Part shown: positions 1 to 11,000 of the stretch, piece after piece | How the letters are laid out: each line of letters opens with the position of its first letter | Position numbering within the stretch: the stretch's first letter is position 1 | IMG/VR virus record: IMGVR_UViG_3300043080_000590 | Span: 258,386-322,385 of that record | DNA: 64,000 bases | From: a virus | Lineage: Duplodnaviria > Heunggongvirae > Uroviricota > Caudoviricetes | Strand: one strand, 5' to 3' | The notes under the pieces: generated by a model | The model's database searches: none | Seen by the model: only the letters and a program-made list of their open reading frames with translations | What the model was told of the DNA's origin: nothing | Program-made: the position numbers and the translations under genes

Positions 1-2
1 GA

Positions 3-1556
3 TATGAATTGGATTTAAGTTTTAGAGAGAATATAGGTGCAAAATTAGATAAATCTGATGTTGCAACATTAGCTAAAATACAGGCATTGTGTGAATATTG
101 TCAAGCAATAATTTATACCACTGTTGAAGGAGATACTTTAGCAAATATTTCTGTTGATTTATATGGAACTTCTATTTATGCAAGTGAAATAAAATATTTA
201 AATGTTGGTACATTACAAAAATATTCGGCAAATGATTTAATAGATGTAGGTACAAAAATTTTAGTATTTAGTTATGATGTAAAAGATAGTAAAGCAAGAG
301 AAGAATATACTGATTTATTAACAAATTCATTTGTTTCTACATTGGCAACTACTTTATATAATGAACAAACAGGTATAATAGACGTTGTAAATATGATTGG
401 TGTTACAAATTCAATGCTTACAGACCCTCTTATACCTCAAGTATTGCCTAATGAAATAATTAGTTTTGTTTTATCCGATTGTGATTCAGGTATTTATAAT
501 TCAATAGATATGAACTCAGAAACATTTATGAATGTTTATGATAATTCAGGTGCAGATTTAAAAATGAAAAGAACTGTTCCTGAGATAGATTCAATAATAC
601 ATTTTGGAGTTAGAGTAGCACCAAGTACGACAACACCACTTATAAACGCAGGTTACAACTTAGAGTTGTTAGGACACTTAATATTAGCTAAATCTGCTGC
701 TAGTAGATTTACTGCAACATTGTCAATGGTTGAAAATCCTGATATAAGAGTAGGTAATCCTATTAGGTTATTTACTTATGACGAACATCCTCAAATGGAA
801 ACAGGATTATGGAGCACTGATACATATCCTGAGCAAAGTGTTTATTATATAAATTCTATAAGTAGAAGTATTAAGGCTGATGGTGTTTCCACTATGTCGA
901 TAGATTTAGTTGGCGGTAGAATGATGGGAGAGGAAAGTATATATGATAAAATGTCAGTATTGTATTTAGGTTTTTATGTAATGCCTAATATGAATGATGC
1001 AACAAGAGCTTTAGCTGAACAATATTATAGTGAAAACTGGGGTAAAATTACTTCATCTTCTGAGGTTTCACTTAGTACAAATAGTGATGGTTCAGGTGGT
1101 ACTGATGATGGTATAACGGCTGATAATTCAAATGCAGTAGGATATTGTTTCAATACTCTTAAAAATAGACTTGGAATTAATACGGCAGCGATTTGTGGGG
1201 TATTAGGCAATTTATGGGTTGAGAGTAAATTTAACCCTGCCGCTAGTAATAAAGGTTCTCATTTAGGTCTTGCACAATGGGATAGTGTAACTAGATACCC
1301 ACGAATGAAAAAATATTGTTCTGAAAATGGGTATGATTATAAAACGGTTAAAGGTCAAATAGAATATGTTTGTTATGAAATGAAAAATTCATATGTAAAT
1401 ACATATAATTATTTAAAAGGGCTATCTAATACAGAAAGTAGCGTAACAGATGCAGCCGATTATGTAAGACTTCATTATGAGGTATGTGATGAACAAGGAG
1501 CACCGCAAAGACGGTCGCAAGCACTAAATTACTGGAAAACATATAAAGAAAGTTAA
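3..1556 (+). CDS. Tail-associated protein, 5'-truncated by window edge; LysM-like domain followed by C-terminal phage tail lysozyme-like domain
   Basis: The frame is open from the window start. A LysM-like segment (GDTLANISVDLYG...) is present. The C-terminus (GNLWVESKFNP...GLAQWD) resembles the phage tail lysozyme fold. It sits in the XkdP-like position, upstream of the baseplate genes. Confidence 0.55.
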   Translation, partial: YELDLSFRENIGAKLDKSDVATLAKIQALCEYCQAIIYTTVEGDTLANISVDLYGTSIYASEIKYLNVGTLQKYSANDLIDVGTKILVFSYDVKDSKAREEYTDLLTNSFVSTLATTLYNEQTGIIDVVNMIGVTNSMLTDPLIPQVLPNEIISFVLSDCDSGIYNSIDMNSETFMNVYDNSGADLKMKRTVPEIDSIIHFGVRVAPSTTTPLINAGYNLELLGHLILAKSAASRFTATLSMVENPDIRVGNPIRLFTYDEHPQMETGLWSTDTYPEQSVYYINSISRSIKADGVSTMSIDLVGGRMMGEESIYDKMSVLYLGFYVMPNMNDATRALAEQYYSENWGKITSSSEVSLSTNSDGSGGTDDGITADNSNAVGYCFNTLKNRLGINTAAICGVLGNLWVESKFNPAASNKGSHLGLAQWDSVTRYPRMKKYCSENGYDYKTVKGQIEYVCYEMKNSYVNTYNYLKGLSNTESSVTDAADYVRLHYEVCDEQGAPQRRSQALNYWKTYKES

Positions 1557-1573
1557 AAAAGAGGTGAAGTTAT

Positions 1574-3565
1574 ATGGCAACAAATAGTACGCCAAGTCTA
1601 TATTTAACAAATGGAACAATTGTACAGCATAATTGTAATAATGAAATGTACGCTGCTGCCCGTGAGAGAATATCAAATACTTATGTTAAAGGGCAAAGTA
1701 ATCCTGATTTAAGATTAAGATATTGTACAATTTCTAATTATAGAGACCAAAATGATAATTTACCAGAAGAACCAACAAGTGATGATTTAACTGATTTTTT
1801 CTTAGATATGAAAGGTATATATAGGGGTGATACCCATTGTGTTATTACCTCTTGGCTTTCAGGTAATGAAGGTGGTGTTTCTGGACCAACTTACTTTGGT
1901 GCAGATTGGAATTTGGAAGAAAATCAAAGTTATGAATTAAATGATAGAAAGCAACAATATAGTACAAATTCAGCACTTCCTTGTGTTAATTTATCAAGTC
2001 CTTTTATTTGGACAGGAAATGGTAGACATTGTGGTATTGATTTTGTACCACCTAAAAATAGTTTAATTATAACAGGTAAAGTTGATACAGGACAACAAGT
2101 TATATTGGGATATACAGCGACTAATCCAGAAGTAATTACTCCTGTTTTAAAACCTGGTGAAGTTTCAATTTCAGGATATGGCAATAATTATATTTATTGG
2201 GGACAATCTGACAAGATAAATATTTATTGTAAAGCAGAAAAAGATGAAAAAGATTTAGATGACCCTGATTATATGAATGATAGAGAAAATTGTAAATATA
2301 ATTCTAGTGATTGTGAATTGCAAATAAATATAAATGCAAATGATAGATTTATAGAAATTCTTGCAACAGAAGATAATGTAGAAGAAACAGAGGAAGAAGA
2401 TACAAATTACGCAAAACATAATAAATATCCACGTAAACCTGATGGTAGATGCCAAACATTAATAGTAATAACGCCACAAGATGTTACTGTCACTTGTAGC
2501 GATGAGTTTGGTTGTATTTCAAAATATAAACAAGATTCAGAATCTATATATAAAACTGTTACTACTAATGATGGCTATTTAACAGAAGAGGAAATGACTT
2601 CTGAATATATAAAAAGAAATGTTGATATTGAAGAAATAAAAATTGAAGAAGAACTGTCTGAAATAGGTATATTAAGAAAAGTATATGTTCCTAATAGTGA
2701 AGATTATGTTCAAGAAGAAATAACTCCTGATAAAATAACTAAAACTGTATATAAAGACGAAGAAAATCGTTATACAAAGCACGAAATGGACTCAGAAACA
2801 ATAGTTAAAACGGTATATACAGACGAAGGAGACCATTATACTAAAGAATCAATATCAAGAGATGAAATAATTAAAGAAATGTATAGTGGTAATGAAGAAG
2901 ATGGTGCTTATACAAGAGAAAGATTGACAACAGATAGTATTAAACGAGAAGTATTTGTTGATGAAAATAATAATTCATTATTGGAAATGACAAATGAAAG
3001 TATGAGTAAAAAAGTTGTTAAAGGTACAGAAGTTGTTGAAGAAAATATTTATTATGGTGACGATGAAGATGCAGGTAAAATTGAAGATTATGACACAATC
3101 GATGAAGCAAAAACAACATTAAGAATACATAGAAAAGTTTATGATAAAAATGACGATAAAGATAAATTGATTACAATAGAAGATGTTCAAAATGATGTAA
3201 TAAGATTTAAAACAGGTTTCTTTAAAGTAGATGCTGATAAGATTGACCTTGCTGGTCTTACATTTGGTCAAGCTTCTGATGAACCATTAAAGATTGAAGC
3301 AGATGATATTTTAATTCACGCTAGTCATAACCTTGTTATTTCAGGTGAAAATAGAATTAGTATTTATAGTACTGAATTTAAAGAACCTGATGAGGGCGGT
3401 ACTGTTGCTGATGAAAGTATTGAATATGGTGGTCTTGGAGCAAAAGGTGGATTTGGTGATAATACAGGTCAATATGAACCAGCAGATTGTGAAAATGAAC
3501 ATAGAATCGATATTGTTACAAATTATCTTACAAAGAGCTTTCCACTGGGTGAATTAACAAGTTAA
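1574..3565 (+). CDS. Tail/baseplate structural protein (XkdQ-position) with internal acidic tandem repeats
   Basis: RBS GAGGTG lies upstream of the ATG. It is in operon with the baseplate genes. Imperfect repeats of about 22 aa (TKTVYKDEENRYTKHEMDSE / TVYTDEGDHYTKESISRDE) span nt 2560-2960. Confidence 0.45.
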   Translation: MATNSTPSLYLTNGTIVQHNCNNEMYAAARERISNTYVKGQSNPDLRLRYCTISNYRDQNDNLPEEPTSDDLTDFFLDMKGIYRGDTHCVITSWLSGNEGGVSGPTYFGADWNLEENQSYELNDRKQQYSTNSALPCVNLSSPFIWTGNGRHCGIDFVPPKNSLIITGKVDTGQQVILGYTATNPEVITPVLKPGEVSISGYGNNYIYWGQSDKINIYCKAEKDEKDLDDPDYMNDRENCKYNSSDCELQININANDRFIEILATEDNVEETEEEDTNYAKHNKYPRKPDGRCQTLIVITPQDVTVTCSDEFGCISKYKQDSESIYKTVTTNDGYLTEEEMTSEYIKRNVDIEEIKIEEELSEIGILRKVYVPNSEDYVQEEITPDKITKTVYKDEENRYTKHEMDSETIVKTVYTDEGDHYTKESISRDEIIKEMYSGNEEDGAYTRERLTTDSIKREVFVDENNNSLLEMTNESMSKKVVKGTEVVEENIYYGDDEDAGKIEDYDTIDEAKTTLRIHRKVYDKNDDKDKLITIEDVQNDVIRFKTGFFKVDADKIDLAGLTFGQASDEPLKIEADDILIHASHNLVISGENRISIYSTEFKEPDEGGTVADESIEYGGLGAKGGFGDNTGQYEPADCENEHRIDIVTNYLTKSFPLGELTS

Positions 3566-3584
3566 TATATTATTAAATTATTCA

Positions 3585-3621
3585 ATATCCCTTATTTCAT
3601 TTAATAAGGGATATTTTTATT
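3585..3621 (+). terminator. Rho-independent terminator
   Basis: Hairpin atatcccttat / ataagggatat followed by a T-run. Confidence 0.6.
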
Positions 3622-3692
3622 AAATTAAAATCACAAGTAATAGTTTTTTTATTTAATATATAAAAGAAAAATAATAAAAGGGTGGTTGCAAA

Positions 3693-4181
3693 ATGAGTTA
3701 TGATATTAAAGGGTTTAATGCTTGTAATCATACTGTAAATAATAAAATTTACGATTATCAACTTTGTCCTAAATGTTATGGTAAGGGATATTATTTTGAT
3801 GTGTATTTTGATAAAGAAGGAAAAATAGCTACAACAACTGATGAAGCCAAATTGCAACAAGAAATGTTAAAGGTTATAATAGACCATAAATATGACAATT
3901 TATTTCATCAAGATTGGGGTAGTCAGTTACATTCATTAATTGGTAGTAAAAACGATACAATAACAAAAAACAAAATAAAAATGTTAGCAAGACAAGCAGA
4001 AGAATATTTACAAAAAGTTCAAGTTGTAGAATTTAATGAAAATAATACATTAGAAGCAACAGAAATAATACAAGATATTGTATCTGTAAACGTAAAAGAA
4101 GTAGGCCCAACAGCTTATTTAATTTCAATAATTGTTTCTAATACGGTTGGAGATGTAATGTCACAGACATTAGAAATTTAA
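3693..4181 (+). CDS. Small baseplate protein (gp25/XkdS-like position)
   Basis: RBS AAGGGTGG. It is a 162-aa ORF immediately upstream of the baseplate-J-like gene. Confidence 0.4.
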   Translation: MSYDIKGFNACNHTVNNKIYDYQLCPKCYGKGYYFDVYFDKEGKIATTTDEAKLQQEMLKVIIDHKYDNLFHQDWGSQLHSLIGSKNDTITKNKIKMLARQAEEYLQKVQVVEFNENNTLEATEIIQDIVSVNVKEVGPTAYLISIIVSNTVGDVMSQTLEI

Positions 4182-4202
4182 AATTATAGGAGGTGAAATG
4201 AT

Positions 4203-7200
4203 TTGATAACTTTAAAAACATTAAACGAAGTTGTACAGGGAATGATAGACAATATACACGATAAAGTACCTAAGGCAGATACCAAGGAAGGTACTTTTTT
4301 AAGAGATGTTTTTATTGACCCTGTTGCAGATGAAGTTGTTGGTTTAAACTTTGATATGAAAATTATGGAAACAAACCAATCAATATTAACTGCTACTGAT
4401 GAAGATTTGGATAGATTGGCTTCAAATTATGGTATAACAAGAAATGAAGCAACAAAATCTTCTGGTTTTATAAGGTTTTATTTTAAATCAACAGATGTTG
4501 ATACTGTTATATATGCTAGTACGGTTGTACAAACAGTTCCAACATATGCAACAGCATCTAAATCATTTACTACAACTAATACAAAAGATATTTATTATGT
4601 AAGTGATAATACTACATTAGACCGTGAACAATATGAGTATTATCAAATAATAAATCTTTCAAATTTAACATTAGGAGATAGTGGATATTACTACTACGAT
4701 GTAGAAGCATTATCTTCTGATACAGGAAGTGCTTATAATGTTAGTGCGAATACAATAATAAGAAAAAGTTCTACACTAGATACCAATATATTAACATTTG
4801 GTAATACCATTGCTTTTACAGGTGGTTCTGATAATGAAACGGATATTTCATTAAGAATGAGAATTAGACTTGCATTATTAGGTGCTAACATTGGTACAAA
4901 ATATGGTTATTTATCTTATGTTTATAATTCAGATTATGTAGAAGATGTAAATGTTGTTTCTGCTGGTGATGCTGATATGCTAAGAGATTTAAATGATAGC
5001 TATGAACATTCAGGCGGTATGGTTGATATATATGTTAAAGGTAAAAAAGCAGATACAGCAACATTTACTTCAAAAATAAGTCTTAACAATCTTGGGTATA
5101 CAGATAGTTACGCATATACCCCATTGGTTATTAATTCAAAAAGAAAACCAATTATAGATATAAATTCAATTACATATAATAGAGTTTTAAGTGACGGTAC
5201 AACAACGACAAGATATTTAAGAAATGCTTCTAATTATGATTATGAAGCCACTTATACTAATTTAACTGAATTAGGCTCTACAATGTTGTTTGAAGATGCC
5301 GATATTGAAGTTACAAGACTTTCACAAATGAGTAAAATAATAGACGAACTTGAAGAAAAGATAAATGACCCACAACAAAATTTTTATGATTTTTTATATT
5401 TAGATTCAGAAAATTCTGCTGGCTATATAGGTGCAGATGGCTCTAATTTAAATGGATATGAACCTGAATATAATGGTTCTAATAAGAATTTTAATGTTTA
5501 TAGTAATTTTTTATATTGTTTACCAGATACAGATATAAAAGCTCCATTTACATATGCAATGTATTATAGATATCTTTATACAGAAAATGGAGATATTACA
5601 GAAGACCAAAAAAGATATTTTGCCATTAAATTTTCTTTTGGTGTTGGTGCTGGTGAAACTGTAACTAATAGTATAGTAAGAGATGAAAATGGTGTAACAT
5701 TATACTACTGTAATAAATCTATTGAAAATGTCGAAGATTTTTCAGAAGAATTAAAAAGATTAGAAGATGAAAATGGTAAGGAAATAAAATTGACTGGTCC
5801 AGTTTTTGATGATAATGGATATGTAGTTACAGAAGGTACAAAGTTTTATACACCTGATTATTCATATAACAACGAAGATGATTGTTATTATTATTCTGTC
5901 GATTCAAGTACTATACAAGACTTTATTGATAAATCTACATTAAGTGGTACAGAAGATTTAGAACAAGGCAATTATTTCTTTTATGTAAAATTTAGTGATG
6001 ATATTTATAGCGGTAATATTATGGGTGATAATTTTACAAGTTATACATCTTATGAATATTATACTATAAAGCAAGAATACATCCTTTATAAGGACGATTT
6101 AGGCGAATGGACTTTTTATACTATAAATGATGACGATTTTGTTTCAGGTGCAAGTATTGATGATAGAATGAAACAAATTATGTATAATATTTGTACTTCA
6201 AATATATCTAATAATATTGTTACAAAATTAACAACAGTTGATAAGTCTATTGATATAGACCAAGAAACTTATGTTGCAGACGTTCATGGTTATATAAAAG
6301 AATATTATGGTGATGGCGAGACAACTAATGATTATTATGAATATTACAATCTTAATTATGAGGGTAATCAAAAACTCCCATATAAATTTACAGTTCATAG
6401 AAATATATATAATGAAATTATTGCTATTGATTTTGTTTTCGCTGTTGAAGATATGGTAAATACTGATGCAGAAGCAGATGCTTTTTACTATTTTCCTAAT
6501 TATGAATATACAATTATTAGATGTTTAGATACTAAAACAAAATTGTATATTTATGAAAAACTAGAAACTCCTAATAAAAATTATTTTAAAGATACAAAAT
6601 TAACTTATTCTAATTTCTTTACTACTTCAAGTACATTATTAACTGAAACAGTAGAACCTTTAGTAAATCAAGGAGTAACAAGTTCTTCCGTGGCTGTTGT
6701 TATTCTTTCTGATTATATTACTGAAACAACTATGCAGAATAATATACTTTTACAATTGAGTAATTATAAAGATAAAATGTTTAATTATAAGTCAGATATT
6801 GATTTTGGTAATGAAACAACAAATACAATAAAAGTTTATAACAAACCATATGTATATGTACAATTAGAATTAACCAATGATGAAAAAATAGTAAATGTAA
6901 AAGTATATGTTAGTTCAATTCCCAATGTTGGTATTGTTAGTTGTCATTTGATTATATATAATACTAATTATGACGATAATGTTGTTGGTTTTATTGATGA
7001 AGAAGCAATTTATTCCACAGATAATAGTGATGCTGACATAAATAATGGAGAGTATTTAGAAAATTATACAATGGTAGACGGTATTATTGATATTACTATT
7101 AGTTCAGATGCTTCTATTTATTATAGAGAGGATAAAGATACTTGTATCTTTGAAAGGAATTTCTATAGAAAAAGTTATGAAAAAGATGGTGAAACTTGTT

Positions 7201-8042
7201 ATTCGACCATGGATTTAAATTTCTCACTCAGCAATATAAATATTTATAGTGTTGATGAAATTTTAATGAGTTATGAAGCAAAAGATGCGGATATTGTATT
7301 TGGTGGACTTGAATATCCATCAACAGTTCAATTTGCTGCTGAAAATGCAGTTATTGTTATGTTCTCTATTACAGAACATATCGTAAACAGTAAAATTTAT
7401 AAAATTGATATGACATTTCCACTTTCTTATTTGGATGTAGATTATCCTTTGGATGTTACATTTGTGAAAAAAGCTGATGAATTTTATGTAAGAAATTATA
7501 CTGTACCTGATTTTGCATTAATGGAAACGAATTCTAGTTTATATAGTGGCAGCATAATGTCAAATTATAGAATCAAGTGGTTTAATCCGTATAATATTCT
7601 TGATGATACAAATACTATTGGAACAAATTGTTATATAACAGTAAGTTATAATTATAATTCTTTAATTTATACATTACAACAAAAAATAGCTTCTGTTAAG
7701 TGTTTAACAGCAGATGTTTTAATAAAATCAGCAGAAGAATATCCATTAGAAATCTTATTAAGTGTTCAATTTGATGATACACAAGAAATTAGTGATACTA
7801 AAACAAATATCATTGATACATTAACAGAACAAATAAATGATAATTCTCAGTTAGGTACAACACTTAAAAAATCAGATATTATAGCAACAGTTCAAAGAAT
7901 GGACGGCGTTTATTATGTGGAATCTTCTGAAACTGAAATAAGAAAAATGCACGGAGAAGCTCAAAAAATAATTAAATTAAAAGGTAATCAATATTTTTAT
8001 TTAAGAAATATTGCCATTACAACTATTGAAGATACAGAATAA
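4203..8042 (+). CDS. Baseplate J-like protein, greatly extended (1279 aa)
   Basis: The N-terminal 250 aa resembles the Baseplate_J/gp6/XkdT family (…EGTFLRDVFIDPVADEV…LDRLASNYGITR…). A long C-terminal extension is rich in N, Y and D. Confidence 0.6.
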   Translation: MITLKTLNEVVQGMIDNIHDKVPKADTKEGTFLRDVFIDPVADEVVGLNFDMKIMETNQSILTATDEDLDRLASNYGITRNEATKSSGFIRFYFKSTDVDTVIYASTVVQTVPTYATASKSFTTTNTKDIYYVSDNTTLDREQYEYYQIINLSNLTLGDSGYYYYDVEALSSDTGSAYNVSANTIIRKSSTLDTNILTFGNTIAFTGGSDNETDISLRMRIRLALLGANIGTKYGYLSYVYNSDYVEDVNVVSAGDADMLRDLNDSYEHSGGMVDIYVKGKKADTATFTSKISLNNLGYTDSYAYTPLVINSKRKPIIDINSITYNRVLSDGTTTTRYLRNASNYDYEATYTNLTELGSTMLFEDADIEVTRLSQMSKIIDELEEKINDPQQNFYDFLYLDSENSAGYIGADGSNLNGYEPEYNGSNKNFNVYSNFLYCLPDTDIKAPFTYAMYYRYLYTENGDITEDQKRYFAIKFSFGVGAGETVTNSIVRDENGVTLYYCNKSIENVEDFSEELKRLEDENGKEIKLTGPVFDDNGYVVTEGTKFYTPDYSYNNEDDCYYYSVDSSTIQDFIDKSTLSGTEDLEQGNYFFYVKFSDDIYSGNIMGDNFTSYTSYEYYTIKQEYILYKDDLGEWTFYTINDDDFVSGASIDDRMKQIMYNICTSNISNNIVTKLTTVDKSIDIDQETYVADVHGYIKEYYGDGETTNDYYEYYNLNYEGNQKLPYKFTVHRNIYNEIIAIDFVFAVEDMVNTDAEADAFYYFPNYEYTIIRCLDTKTKLYIYEKLETPNKNYFKDTKLTYSNFFTTSSTLLTETVEPLVNQGVTSSSVAVVILSDYITETTMQNNILLQLSNYKDKMFNYKSDIDFGNETTNTIKVYNKPYVYVQLELTNDEKIVNVKVYVSSIPNVGIVSCHLIIYNTNYDDNVVGFIDEEAIYSTDNSDADINNGEYLENYTMVDGIIDITISSDASIYYREDKDTCIFERNFYRKSYEKDGETCYSTMDLNFSLSNINIYSVDEILMSYEAKDADIVFGGLEYPSTVQFAAENAVIVMFSITEHIVNSKIYKIDMTFPLSYLDVDYPLDVTFVKKADEFYVRNYTVPDFALMETNSSLYSGSIMSNYRIKWFNPYNILDDTNTIGTNCYITVSYNYNSLIYTLQQKIASVKCLTADVLIKSAEEYPLEILLSVQFDDTQEISDTKTNIIDTLTEQINDNSQLGTTLKKSDIIATVQRMDGVYYVESSETEIRKMHGEAQKIIKLKGNQYFYLRNIAITTIEDTE

Positions 8043-8056
8043 GAGGTGATGTTGTT

Positions 8057-11000
8057 TTGAATAATGGTATAAGATTAAATAGTTTTGATTATGGCATTAA
8101 TAATACATTAAGAAATAATATCACTTCTTCAACTGAACCTGTAACCGCATATAAAGCTTTATTTGAAGCACAATTTGATATAATTTTTGGTAATAGTGTT
8201 TCATTAGTTGATGGTTCTTTTTCAGGAACATTAAAAGGTATTCCTTTTAAAAATATTATTGATAGATTAAATTTTGTTTATTGTGTTTTTAAACAAGAAG
8301 GTTCTCAAACTGGCATAATGTCTGTTTCTAATGGAATGAAATTTTGTTATGATTTAAGTATTTTTGATAGCGAACACGTTAATAGTAATAGAACCATACC
8401 ATTTTATATGGAGAACAGAAAAACAAAAGAAGTAGATGAAATATTAAATGAATTACAAGAACAAAATTCTTATTTTGATACTATAATGAGTGAATACATT
8501 AGCTCATATTCTCAAAGAAATACCTTTGCAGATGTAAAAAGAGTATTATTTATGGAAGTTGATTTTTATATTCTTGTTATTAATCAAAATGGTTCAGAAT
8601 ATACTGATTGTAAATTATATAATCTTTTTGAATATTTAAAGGAATGTGCTAAAAATACTTATAGTGAAAGTACAGAAGAAGAATTTAAACAATATGAATT
8701 GGATATAAGAAATACAGACAATACTCTTGAATTATTTAACAGCGATAATTATTATTACAAATTAAATTATCCTAATCAAGAAATATTTGATGGAGATATA
8801 TTAAGTAGTATAGTTTCCAAAATGGAAAATTTATATTCAACATATTCTACAAATAGTATTACCTCTATTAAATACTGGTTGCCTTTTGTATCTCCTGATA
8901 GATTTAGTACTTATGTGAATGATGTTTATTCAAAAATAGAAGCTGATGGTAGAAAATTTTCTCATTATCCAAATGTAGTTGAATATTATTATTGCATTTT
9001 AATAAGTAGAATTACAGGGTATTTATTAACAGGTAATACTTTGTTAAGTGCTGATTTACGTTTGGGCGGTCCTAATGTAATGGATATTGAAAGTACATGG
9101 GCGAGATATATATTATTTCATTATAAATATGATAACTCAGAATTAACTGGTGGCATAAGACAATATTTTGCTTTTTATACTTTTTATAATGATAATTATT
9201 ATTCAGCAAAAGATACTTCAAACATATATATAGATAATAAATTTCATTATGAAGATATAAAGTATTTAACAGAAGGTAATTTACTTTATGACTTAAAAAA
9301 TGATGCTGAAAAAAATATAGTTTTTACTAATGAATGTAATTATTTTAAAGTATATTCTGAATATGAATCTTTAGAAGAAGGTGTATCAACTCAAAAAAAT
9401 AGTAATGCTTATGATGAAATACAAAATATGCTTTACTTATTAAAAGTAGATACATGGTCTTTTAAAAACAAATTATTTAGTGCTGATGAAGATACAAGTG
9501 GTTTAGTTGTTTTTAAAAGTAATATAAAAGATAGTCCTAGTAATTTTATTAAAAAACCTGATTATTATTTATATAGTCGTTTAGGTAATTATTCAATAGA
9601 TTTTAATTACTTAAAAGACGATGAAGATGTAGGTGACGGTGGATATAGTCAGATAAGTTTTTATGATAGTGAAGAATCCCAAACAGATAAATTATTTATT
9701 TTATGGAATTGTACAACTTCAAGAAGATTGTTGTATTCTCATTATACAAGAAGTTATTATAAATTTGTAATACCAAACGATAGTTTAGGTTATCTCACTT
9801 ATTCAGCTGCCACAGAAGAAGAAACAAAATTAACAGGTAATCTTTATATTTACTTTGATGATGATTTAGGTATTGTTTATATTAAAGAGCATAATGATTT
9901 ATCTGCCACTACATTAAAATTCTTAACTAATAAATATACTTCAATAAATAGTTATTTTCAAACAACAATAAAACATTTATTAAATATGTTGCCATTGTCA
10001 TATAATACAGAAATTATTGATACTAACTTTTATAAAATATTACGAACTGCGGCTATTCAACTTGCAGAAACAAAATATGGATTACAAAAAGTAAAACGTG
10101 GTATGTGGCTTAACGCTTTGGATGACGATGGAATAGAACAATGTGATGATGATTTACTATATAACAACTTTGGTAGTATGATAGATTTGCCTAAAAAAGC
10201 AAAATGGAGTTACGACCAATATAGAGCTATGATTAGTGCTGTATATGAGGTTCTTATAAAAGGACCAAATAAAGAAAGTATGCAGAACGCTATAAAGAAA
10301 TTCACAGGTTATGAAAACTATTTATATGAGTTATATAAAAATGACGAATATATCTTTTCTAATTTAACAGTAGATAAACAATTTAGATTTGCTGTGCAAA
10401 TATTAAAAGATTTAGATACTTATGATGATAGTGCTGAAATGATGGAAAATGTAAAATTTTTATTGGATATGATAAAACCTGCTCACACATTATACTTAAT
10501 ATATGTTGGTTTATCTTCAAGTGAAACAATAGATGTTACTAATAATTTTACAGACACAGATTTTTTTGAAAATGAAATGCTTTTAAGAGAAGCTACATTT
10601 GGTGCTGATGTTGATAGTGCTTTTCAATTATTCCCAAGTGAAAATACATTAAGTAGATTATTATTAAATGAAGATTATTGGAAAAATGTAAATGGTTGGG
10701 ATAGTACATATAATGGAACAACACAATATATGTGGTTGCAATATGTACAAGAAAAATTAAATGAAAAAAATGCACCCTATCGTAGATTGGCTGTTAATCA
10801 AAGTAAAGTTGAAGCTATATTTGCACAAGATATGTATGCTGATTTAAAAGAAATATATACAGATATAAGAAATAATACATATAATACTCTTAAAGAAGAT
10901 TTTGAAGCATTAATTACACCTCAAACTAGTGGAGAATATTATAGTTTACAATATGTAACGGAAGATTATCATTGCGAAAACACACTTGGATATGAAACTC

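Noticed and set aside
1025-3860. Short overlapping ORFs inside structural genes (1025-1210-, 1930-2184-, 2255-2455-, 3333-3557+, 3597-3860-)
   Set aside because: They lie fully within or antisense to long, well-supported coding frames. They have low-complexity translations and no RBS.
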